Source: an uncultured delta proteobacterium (GTDB lineage: Bacteria; Myxococcota_A; UBA9160; UBA4427). From it: DNA of 64,000 nt. Below the pieces are notes generated by a model. It did not search any database. It was not told the origin of the DNA and saw nothing but the letters and a program-made list of their open reading frames with translations. Positions within the stretch are counted from its first letter, which is position 1, and each line of letters opens with the position of its first letter. Shown here in pieces: positions 9,172 through 17,954 of this stretch. The translations under genes were made by a program, and so were the position numbers. Location: assembly GCA_963822965.1 (NCBI GenBank), contig CAWGJT010000005.1:1312001-1376000 (forward strand), written 5' to 3'.

Positions 9172-12100
9172 TCAGGGCACGCCGTTGGGATCGAACACGC
9201 CGTCGCCATCGACGTCGATGAAGACGGGGTTCGTGAAGCCGATCGCATGGGTGAACGTCGGGTCGGGCAGCACCACGTTCGTGTACCCGTCGTACGCGGC
9301 CACGGTCCCGCGCGCACTGGCGCTGAGCCAGTAGTCACCGAGACTGCCCGGCGGAAGCGGCAGCGTGAAGACCTGCCTCAGCCGCACCACGTCCGCGAGA
9401 TCGGTGGAGTAGGGTGTGGAGTCGGGGCGGTACACGATCGGCAACAGCCAGGGTGTGGCGTCGAAGACGCTCCCACCCAGCCCCGTCAGCGGTGCGGCCA
9501 CCGACTCGTACCCGTTGATCCGGATCCATGCCTGCTGCGTAGGCACCCAGGGCGCCGCCAGCACGGTGAGGCGCACGTCGACCGAGCCGTCCCCATCGTC
9601 CGCCACCAGGTCGCCGGGCTGCCCTTCGAACACTCCGTCCTCGTCGGCATCCACCTCGACGTAGACGACGGGACCAGAGCTCGCGATCACCTCCATGGCA
9701 TCGGGCCCGGCCCCCGGGCGCCGCGTCGCCGGCTGGTTCGTGGCCGGCGAGGCCTGGACGAAGCTCGGCAGCAGCGTCTGGTTGAAGGCAGCCAGGTCCA
9801 GACTCGCGAGATCGGCGCTGGCATCACCCGGCGCGAACACGAAAGTGCGCGGGAAGCCCGCGGCGGGGACGAGATCGTTCGTTCCGGGGCTCGCGGTGGC
9901 GGTGCGCACCTGACCCGACGAGACGAGCGCGGCGAAGTCGAGCCGATTGATGTCGTAGATGGCGGTCAGACGACCGGAATCGAGCTCGATCAGGTCGAAG
10001 TCCAGATTCGTGGTGCCGGCAAGGGTGCGGGGCGTCTGGAGGAGGGTGAAGGCGCCGCTGCTCGTGTCGAGCGGCGTGGGGTAGCCGCCGGAGGCCAGCG
10101 ACGCGGTGCCGGTGTTCGGCTGCGGGAACGTATCGTTGCCGTTGGTGAAGAAGCCGGCACCGAAGGGAGGCAGCGGTGGCGGGAGGACCGGATAGCGGGG
10201 GGTGTGGAGGGCGATGACGGCCGCGCCTGCCGCGCGGAGCTGGTCGAACAGGTCCGCCGGCTCGCGGTACTCGTCGGGCGGAGCGCCGCGGCGAGGTGCG
10301 TCGGGGTCGAAGGTGAGTGGCCAGGCGCCGAAGCTGCCGATCGTGTTCGGGGAGTTCAAAACGCCCGGCACGACGATCGGTACGCGGCCCTCGGTCGACA
10401 GGCCGGTCATCTCTGTGAGCAGTGATGCCACGCCGACGGCGGGATGGGCGGCGTCCAGTGCGGCGACGGCCGGCCCCAGATCGGCCAGGCGGTCCGGGTC
10501 GGCGGCGACCAGCACCTCGACGCCGCTGGCCAGGTGAGCGATCACCCGATCCTCGGCCGGCACCGGCGACCCGGAGGAGCCTTCGGACTGGACACGCAGA
10601 TCGGCGGAAACCAGCCGGCGCAGCGGGCTCTCGAACCCGGCGGTCGCCCTGAAGTTCGCACTCAAGTCCACACTGGAGCTAAGTGGGGGAAAAGCGAGTC
10701 CCGTGGCGTTGGTCGCTCGCCCCTCACCCTGCGTGACGTGAGCATCGACGACGACGTTCTCCCCCGCTCCGAGCTTGGAGTCGGTGAATGCGGGCCAGTA
10801 GGCGCCGATCACGTAGGTCGTACCGGGGGCCAGCGCCACGGGCGGCGTGGTGACCCATCGAAACATGCCTTGGAGCGGGGCCTCCGTCCCTACCGGAACG
10901 GTGACCGACGTCAGCAGCGTCCCATCATCGATCCAGAGACCGACGTCATGCGCGACCAGGAGGCCGTCTTCACCGGAGTCCCAGAATCCCAGCTGCTCCA
11001 CCACGAGTGGGGCCGTCACGCTGAAGGTCCAGCCCCGCGTCGTGTTCACGGACCATCCCAGGTTCGAGTAGGTGTCATCCTGGTCGAAGGCCGCGAACGG
11101 GTCCCCCACGGTCGCAGGATCCGGCAGAGCTGCCGAATCCAGCAGCCGCTCGAGCGAGAACGCCGCGCTCACCACCTGCCCCGCCGACACCAGCACGAAG
11201 TCGAGCGGCTCGCCGGGAGCCGGGAAGCGATCGAGGCTGTACTCGAGACCGCGCGAGACGAAGACGCGATACGCGCCCGGCGGCACGTAGACGCTGCCGG
11301 TGCCATCGGCCAGGTGCACCACGTTCGCCTGGCCCGACGCCCGCGGCAGGTCGCCGAAGTCGGGGTCGGGGGTCGCCGGAGCGGGGCCGAGCCCATCGGG
11401 GTCGGCACCCCGGATCACCACGCGCGCGGGCAGCGGACCGCCCACTCCGTCGGTCACCACGAGGTCGAGCCGCGCGAAGATCGCGTCCCGGACGAGATCG
11501 AAGTCGGCCACGGCACCGCCGCCGGCGCTCACCTCGACGATCTGAGCCACCGGATCGATCCCGGGCGAGTCGACCTCGACGAGGTAGCTCGAGGTCGAGA
11601 TGCCCCCTTCCAGGCCGGGCGGCACCAGCAGCTCGTCGGGTCCACTGCCCACCAACCCGGGGAAGCCGCTGGGGACGACCAGCTGGTACGCACCGCTCAC
11701 CGGGTCGGGCGTCGCGAAGGCGATCGGCGGCGCATCGATCCCGTAGAGGATCGAGGGGTAGAAGCCCGCCTGCCCCGTCACGCCTGCCGGGGCGCCGGGG
11801 TCGTAGATCAACGCCGGGCTCAGCTGGTAGGCCGTCACCCGCGTTCGCTCGGAGGCGTCGAAGACGCTCCCCGAGATCATGGCCGTCGCGCCGTAGGGAT
11901 TGGGGACGGTGGTGCCGCCGGGTGTGAGCCGATCGGTCGCGGCCGCGAGCCGGCGCACGGCCTCGTCGACCGCGCCGGCGTCGTTTGCCTCCCCCACCGC
12001 AATGGCGCGTCGCCAGACGAACGACTCCCCCGGTGAGAGCGCGTCGCGCTCGCGCAGCTGCCGCTGGATCGACACTGTGCTGCCTTCGGCGGTGTGCCAC

Positions 12101-13419
12101 AGCTGCCCGGCCTCCACGTCGACCACGGCGTAGCTCGCGCCGGGCTCGCCGCGCCCAACCAGCGCGGCGAAGGGCATGGGGAGCGGATCGACGAGACCCT
12201 GGGCGACGCTCCCGGAGAGGGCGCTCCAGGGCGACAGGTTCGCGACGTCGAGGCCGCCGACCACGATCACGTCGCTCACGGCATCGAGGTAGGCGATGCC
12301 CCCGTCCGACGGGTTGGTGACCCGTGTCTCCACCTCCAGCGCGCGGCTGCCCGCGCGCAGCGTGTAGGTGGTCTCCACCTCGATCGGCGAGCCACCGGAG
12401 TTCAGGCGTCCCGTCGCCGGATCGGATACGACACCTGTGGGCAGATCGGCCGGGGACCGGGCCAGGATCGCGCCGGAGACCCGAAGGCGCACCGTGTCCC
12501 CCGAGTGCGACGAGACCGGCAGACCCTGGTCGTCCAGGAACTCGGCCGTGTCGTAGACCACCACGTTCGCCAGGTCGGAGGTGGTGCGCCGGATCACGTA
12601 GACCGAGCCCGCCGCGTCGTCGACGTAGGAGACCCCCGGCGGCACGAACAGCCCGATTGTGTTGGGGTCGGCGACGACGGCGATCGTCAGCTCCACACCG
12701 GCGTTGGCGCCCGTGGTGATGAGCAGTGAATCTCCCGGTTGCACCCCGTCCGTGATGAAGTCGGCGCTGCTGTCGACCAAGGCACCAACAAAGGCGTAGG
12801 CGACTCCGGCGAGGCCGCTCGCGATGGTGTCGCGCCCCACGACGGCCTGGGTCATGCCGAGGAACTGGTCGTTGCCGGTGTCCGTCGAGGCCAGATCGAC
12901 CAGGTTGCCACCGGTGGGGGCCCATACGTTGGCGAGGGGAAACGCGCCGCCCAGGCTGCTCGCGTCGATCCCCGTTGCATCGATCGCAGCGCGGATGCGT
13001 CCGTTGGACAGCACGTAGTCGCCGATGCCGCCGATGGCGTCGGGTCCGTCGGGCAGCACGCTCGGATCGTTGGGCTCGACTTGCGTGCTGCTGGCATCCT
13101 GACACACCGAGGCGGCGGCCGCGCTGCACACCTGCTGGATGCCCGGCGCCTGGCTGGCCAGGTCGCGGGCGATCACCACCGCATCCAGCAGTCCGCAGCC
13201 TCCGCCGCTGGCCACCTGGCACTTCTCGGGCGCGGTCACGTCGGCGATCAGTCCCGCCAGCTTCTGGCGCAGCTCCTGCACGTCGTCGTCGTCGATCGCG
13301 CCGTTGGCGTCGGCGTCGCCGCAGGCGCAGCTCGGGTCGACCAAGGGCGCCGCCACGACATCGCCGGCGCCCAGGACGAACGCGGACACCAGGAGCGTGC
13401 ATGCGAGAAGGCGCCTCAC
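9172..13419 (-). CDS. Large secreted multidomain protein: dockerin-like N-terminus, DUF4082-like domain, degenerate PHP (CehA/McbA-like) domain
   Basis: GTG start overlapping the upstream stop; signal peptide; CGDADANGAIDDDDV dockerin-like loop; GGIGDYVLSNGRIRAAID; PPGAYRVFVSRGLEYS; GWTFSV..LGFWD..HDVGLW; C-terminal FTNPVFIDVDGDG. Confidence 0.8.
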   Translation of the reverse strand: MRRLLACTLLVSAFVLGAGDVVAAPLVDPSCACGDADANGAIDDDDVQELRQKLAGLIADVTAPEKCQVASGGGCGLLDAVVIARDLASQAPGIQQVCSAAAASVCQDASSTQVEPNDPSVLPDGPDAIGGIGDYVLSNGRIRAAIDATGIDASSLGGAFPLANVWAPTGGNLVDLASTDTGNDQFLGMTQAVVGRDTIASGLAGVAYAFVGALVDSSADFITDGVQPGDSLLITTGANAGVELTIAVVADPNTIGLFVPPGVSYVDDAAGSVYVIRRTTSDLANVVVYDTAEFLDDQGLPVSSHSGDTVRLRVSGAILARSPADLPTGVVSDPATGRLNSGGSPIEVETTYTLRAGSRALEVETRVTNPSDGGIAYLDAVSDVIVVGGLDVANLSPWSALSGSVAQGLVDPLPMPFAALVGRGEPGASYAVVDVEAGQLWHTAEGSTVSIQRQLRERDALSPGESFVWRRAIAVGEANDAGAVDEAVRRLAAATDRLTPGGTTVPNPYGATAMISGSVFDASERTRVTAYQLSPALIYDPGAPAGVTGQAGFYPSILYGIDAPPIAFATPDPVSGAYQLVVPSGFPGLVGSGPDELLVPPGLEGGISTSSYLVEVDSPGIDPVAQIVEVSAGGGAVADFDLVRDAIFARLDLVVTDGVGGPLPARVVIRGADPDGLGPAPATPDPDFGDLPRASGQANVVHLADGTGSVYVPPGAYRVFVSRGLEYSLDRFPAPGEPLDFVLVSAGQVVSAAFSLERLLDSAALPDPATVGDPFAAFDQDDTYSNLGWSVNTTRGWTFSVTAPLVVEQLGFWDSGEDGLLVAHDVGLWIDDGTLLTSVTVPVGTEAPLQGMFRWVTTPPVALAPGTTYVIGAYWPAFTDSKLGAGENVVVDAHVTQGEGRATNATGLAFPPLSSSVDLSANFRATAGFESPLRRLVSADLRVQSEGSSGSPVPAEDRVIAHLASGVEVLVAADPDRLADLGPAVAALDAAHPAVGVASLLTEMTGLSTEGRVPIVVPGVLNSPNTIGSFGAWPLTFDPDAPRRGAPPDEYREPADLFDQLRAAGAAVIALHTPRYPVLPPPLPPFGAGFFTNGNDTFPQPNTGTASLASGGYPTPLDTSSGAFTLLQTPRTLAGTTNLDFDLIELDSGRLTAIYDINRLDFAALVSSGQVRTATASPGTNDLVPAAGFPRTFVFAPGDASADLASLDLAAFNQTLLPSFVQASPATNQPATRRPGAGPDAMEVIASSGPVVYVEVDADEDGVFEGQPGDLVADDGDGSVDVRLTVLAAPWVPTQQAWIRINGYESVAAPLTGLGGSVFDATPWLLPIVYRPDSTPYSTDLADVVRLRQVFTLPLPPGSLGDYWLSASARGTVAAYDGYTNVVLPDPTFTHAIGFTNPVFIDVDGDGVFDPNGVP

Positions 13420-13994
13420 GATCCGCCTCCGTCTCGTGCACGACGCCTCGCCAGCAGCAGCAGCAGACCGGCGCCCCAACCCAGGAGCGCACCGCCCGCT
13501 GGCTCGGGCAGCGTCACCAGCGTGGTCGGCGTCAGGCTCTGCGATCCGAGTGCCGCATCGATGCTCTCGCCCGACGTGAGATCCAACGTGCCGCCCTCGG
13601 TGCCGTTCACGACCAGGTCGCCGATCTTGACCGCGCCCAGTTCACCGGTGATGGGATCCAGCCGGTTGCATCGCAGCACGTCGCCGCTCAAGTTGGAGAG
13701 CACACCACTCGCCGCCGTGAAGCTCTGCAGCGTGAGCCCGCCTTGACCACCGACCGTCAGGTTCCAGGCGCAGACTTCGTCACCGGTGCCCTGAGAGCAG
13801 GGATCCGCTGGCGACGCCGTCGCACCGCCATCGATGTACAGGTGGATCGTCGTCGGTGCGAGGGACGGAACCTCGACGGGGCCGCCGGGGTTCACGCCGT
13901 CGTCCGCCGGGCTGTGGTAGACGACCGGCGGCGCTGCGCTCACCGGGAGCGCGAGCAGGAACAGGACCGAAATCAAGACGCCGAACAGCCGCAT
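13416..13994 (-). CDS. Small PEP-CTERM-type surface protein
   Basis: Signal peptide; C-terminal LPEP + TM helix + RRR. Confidence 0.8.
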   Translation of the reverse strand: MRLFGVLISVLFLLALPVSAAPPVVYHSPADDGVNPGGPVEVPSLAPTTIHLYIDGGATASPADPCSQGTGDEVCAWNLTVGGQGGLTLQSFTAASGVLSNLSGDVLRCNRLDPITGELGAVKIGDLVVNGTEGGTLDLTSGESIDAALGSQSLTPTTLVTLPEPAGGALLGWGAGLLLLLARRRARDGGGS

Positions 13995-14250
13995 GACAGC
14001 ACCCCGCAATGGTTGCGTCCACAACCACTATAACCGCATGCGGCCCGCACGCGTCAGCGCAGATGTGCATGGCGAGGCCCCCGATCGGCCCTCGATGCGG
14101 GGCAGGGCGGATCGAGTGGCGATCCGACACACCAGCCCATCGGCAACGCCCGGCGCCAGTGCCGCGGGACAACCGCGGGACAAACGTTTAGGAATCAGAC
14201 TTTCTGGTCTTCGGGGACTTCCGCCGCCTGAAGCCGAGTTCGATTCGAGG

Positions 14251-14310
14251 ATAGGCCGAAAAAGCCCGGTTTCGGCGTGACGTCCGCGTAGTGGTGTTGG
14301 GGCGAGCCCC
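14251..14310 (+). repeat. Dispersed dif-like repeat, copy 2 (core 14280-14307), cut by IS481
   Basis: ATAGGCCGAAAAAGCCCGGTTTCGGCGTGACGTCCGCGTA-GTGGTG-TTGGGGCGAGC aligns without gaps to copies 1 and 3. Confidence 0.7.
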
Positions 14311-15461
14311 GGTACGGTCCGGGGACATCCAGTACAGAAGTCCGGGCACATCCTTTACACATTCTCGCTTCCCGTGATCTTACCGGTTTGCAGGTCGATT
14401 CGTCCGAGCACGGTGTTGTAGTAGACGATGTTCCAGACGTCATCACCCACCTCTTCGAGTCCGATGTCCTCGCCCTCGAGCGCGTTACTGAGGAAGTACT
14501 GGCCGGAGAGTCGGAAGGTCCCGCATGTGCTCACCCTCCGAACCTCGAAGTGGCCCGGGTACTCGGGCTGCGAGAAGCGGCTTGGATAGGGTCTCGTCGA
14601 GGGCTGCCAGCGCTCGGCTGGAAAGTCGCCCTGGAGTGCTTCATGCGGGCGCTCGTGGTTGTAGCGCTGCTGGAATCGATTCAGCTTCCGCTGCTGCGCG
14701 ACGAGGTTTGCGGCGGGTGGACTGGCTGCCTCTCGCTTCATGTCTTTGTGCATGCGCTCGTGTTGACCGTTCTCCTGGGGGCTCGAAGGGCGGATCCGTT
14801 GAGCCCGTACTTACGAAACAGAGCCCGGAACGCCGGCTTCGCGCCTTCCGTGCGAACCGACGGAAGCGCCTTGCAGAGCAAAAGCATCCGACTGTAGTGA
14901 TCGGTCACGGTCAGCGGGTAGCAGTACTTCTTGTCGCCGGTCTTGAACTGGCCCTTGAAGTCCGCAGGCCAGATCTCGTTGGGGCCCGCTGTCTCCAAAC
15001 GCACCGCGCCGGGATGTTTCCAGGATTGCCTGCGCCGGTTCTTTCGAAGATGGCCGTGTCGATCCAGGATCTCGTTGACCGTACTTCGGGCCGGAAGGCT
15101 TCGACCCGGATGCCGTCTCTTCAGGATCTCGCGCAGCTTGGTGGCTCCCCAGCCGTACTTCTCCCGAAGCACGAGGATCTCGCGTTCGACGTGTTCGGGT
15201 GTTCGGTTCGGATGGCGATTGGGGGCCCGAGAGCGGTCGTCGACCGCCTTCAGGCCCTCGGCCTCGATCCGTTCGACCCACTTGTAGCCGGTGGGTCGAG
15301 AGATCTGATATCGGTCACACAGCTCGCTCATCGACCACTGACCGCTCGCGTAGTCGCGATAGAAATGCGGACGCTGCTTCTTCGGCTCGGTGTCCATCCA
15401 GGGCATCCTTTCGTGTAAAGGATGTGCCCGGACTTTTGTAAACCATCGCCCCGACCGTTCA
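14311..15461 (-). mobile_element. IS481-family insertion sequence, defective
   Basis: About 48-bp imperfect terminal inverted repeats sharing AGTCCGGGCACATCCTTTACA (14339-14359 / 15414-15434), bracketing a DDE transposase; no clean target duplication seen. Confidence 0.85.
14355..15406 (-). pseudogene. IS481-family transposase with internal deletion and frameshift
   Basis: MPW..SELCDRYQISRPTGYKW, WPADFKG, PLTVTDHYSR; jumps from KYGL to RIRPSSPQENGQHERMH in another frame near 14800, losing the DNG segment; YNHERPHEAL. Confidence 0.85.
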
Positions 15462-15480
15462 ACCCGGGGGTGCCCGGGCT

Positions 15481-17923
15481 CTAAAGGATGGGCTGAGGGC
15501 TCTCGCCGGCGACCAGGGCGGGCAGGGCGAAGACGGTGAGGAGGTAGACGAGGACGATCGCCGCGCCCATCGTGAGGCCGAAGGTCGTCGACATCGGGAG
15601 CAGCAGCACCGTCGACGCCGCGAAGCCCGCGGCCGTCGTCAGCATGCCGGCCAGCATGTGCGGCCCCATGGTCTCGAGCGCCTTTCCCGCGGCCTCGTCC
15701 GGTGCGAGGCCCCGGGCAAGGCGCTCCTCGTCGTAGCGCTCGATCCAGTGGATCGGGTAGTCGATGCCGATGCCGACGAGGATTGCGCTGATCCCGAGGT
15801 TCAGCGGGTTCAGGGACACGCCGAACACGGGCATGAAGCCCAGCACGATCGCGACCGCGACGACGACCGGCGTCACCGCCAGCGTGGCGCGACCGACGCG
15901 CCGCCAGGCGATCACCAGCACCAGCCAATTGGCCGCGAGGCTCAGGAAGAACGAGCGCACCAGCGTGTCGGCGTAGTAGACCGACTCGAGTGGGTAGACG
16001 ATGTCTCCGCCGCCGACGCGCACCTCGACCCCCGCGATCCGGTCGAGGTGCAGCTCGGCGAGCGCCTGCTCGATCGCCGCGACGGCGGCCAGCGAGCGCG
16101 AGCCCGCCTCGCCGTCGACGAAGAAGCGCATCAGCAGGCCGTCGTAGCCCGCCGGCCCGCGGTGCACGACGTAGTCGAAGGCCTCCCGGAAGCTCGTGTC
16201 CGTCGCCCAGTCGGCCGTGCGCTCGCTGTCGCGCACGCGATCGAGGGCTCGCTGTGCGTCCATTCCGGGCGTCACGCGCAGGCCGCGCTTCTCGATCAGC
16301 CCCACGACGGAGTCGACGTTGGCGCGGCCGAGCACCTTCTCGATCTCCGGACAATCGTCGAGGCGCCGCTCGAGCTGCTGCATCTTCACGAGCAGCTCCG
16401 CCTGGGCGACGTTGCCGCGAGAAGTGGACGTAGCCCACCCGGAAGTCTCCGAAGTAGCGCTGCATCGCCTCGTTGGCCTGCCAGGACGGCATGTCGGGTC
16501 GCAGCAGGTCACGTCGGGCCATCTCGCTGTCGAGCCGGGTGGCGGACAGCAGCGCGATCACCAGCACCGCGGCCCCGAGCCCCAGCACCGGGCGCCGCCC
16601 CGCGTGCACCACGCGTAGGGAGAGCCGGGCCTGCAGGGTGTGGAGTGGGTGCGGCCCGCGAGCGTGCCTGGCGGCCTCGCCCGCGTCGGCCAACGAGGGC
16701 CCGTGGCGCCGCGCCAGCTCGGCGCGCAGCGCGCCCTCCAGCAGCAGGGTGACCCCAGCACGATGCCCATCGACGCGGCGACCAGCAGGAAGAAGCTCGC
16801 GAATACGTCGGCCAGGGCCGTGAGACCCGTCGCCAGGAATGCCACCAACGTGGTGAAGGTCGTCAGGAAGACGGCGTCTCCCGCAGCCCGCGAAGGTGGC
16901 GCGGAGGATCTCCTCGAAGCTGCGGCCGGGACGGGTCTCCTCCCGGAAGCGGCGTCCGAAGACCAGGGTGTCGTCGATCCCGGTACCGAGCAGGATCGGG
17001 AAGACCAGCAGGTGCAGGAAGGACAGCTCGGTGCCGAGCCAGGCCGCCAGGCCGAAGGTCCAGATCGCGCTCACGGACAGGATCGCGAACACGATGGCGA
17101 CCTCGCTGGCGCGGCGGAAGAGGGCCGCCACGCACAGCACGTCCACCAGGAAGAGGGTCAGTCCCAGCAGCACGGCGCTGCTGCGGGTGTCTCGGTCGAT
17201 GTCGTAGGCGACCAGGTCGTCGTTCAGCACGTGGAGCCTCAGCTCGGGGGTCTCGAGGGCCACGATGTCGTCCCGGATGGCGGCCAGTGCGTCCCGGCGC
17301 TCGGCTCGCGACCCTTCGAGCTCGGCGCGCACCAGGGCCCGGATCGCCTCGACGGACGGGATGGCATAGTGGCTCTCGGGCGCACCCGGCGCGGTCAGCA
17401 TGCCGGCCGCCTGCGCGATCCGCAGTCGCGCGTAGAGCTCGATCGCCTCGGGCTCGGACAGGAAGTGGGCGCTGACCTTCATCAGGTCGCGCACGGTGCG
17501 GCCGCCCGCCAGGCCCAGGATGGCCTCGGCGATGGTCGAGTAGTCGTCCACCTCGAACAGGCTCTTCCGCTTCACCCGCTGCAGGCCGCGATCGATGCCC
17601 TCGACCAGGCTGAAGCTGGTGACCGGGTGGCGTGCCCGGATCGTCCGCAGGATGCGCAGCTGCTGGTGCAGAAGCTCCGGCTCGAGCAGGCTGCGCGAGC
17701 CGCGCGACTCGAAGATGACCGTCAGGTACGCGCCTTCGGCGAAGTCGTCCTCGACGGACTCGACCAGTGCGCGCGCCTCCGGGCGCACGAAGCTCCGGAA
17801 GCTCGTGTCGATGCGGATCCCCGCCAGCTCGAAGGCGAAGAAGGCCGTCACGACTGCGACCGCGGCGAGCACCGCTCGCGGGTGGCGCGCCGTCAGGAGG
17901 CCGATCCGCTCCGCGGACGTCAC
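15481..17923 (-). CDS. MMPL/RND family transporter, broken by about 3 frameshifts (~16880, ~16750, ~16420)
   Basis: Two RND halves with ILLGTGIDD and ILVGIGIDY motifs; pieces spread over several frames. Confidence 0.8.
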
Positions 17924-17954
17924 CAGTGGGCTCGGTCAGTCTCGCTCGCGGGCG

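Noticed and set aside
14738..17923. 1061-aa MMPL-transposase fusion ORF
   Set aside because: Produced by frameshifts in the MMPL gene reading through GC-rich sequence into the IS; MMPL has its own stop at 15481.
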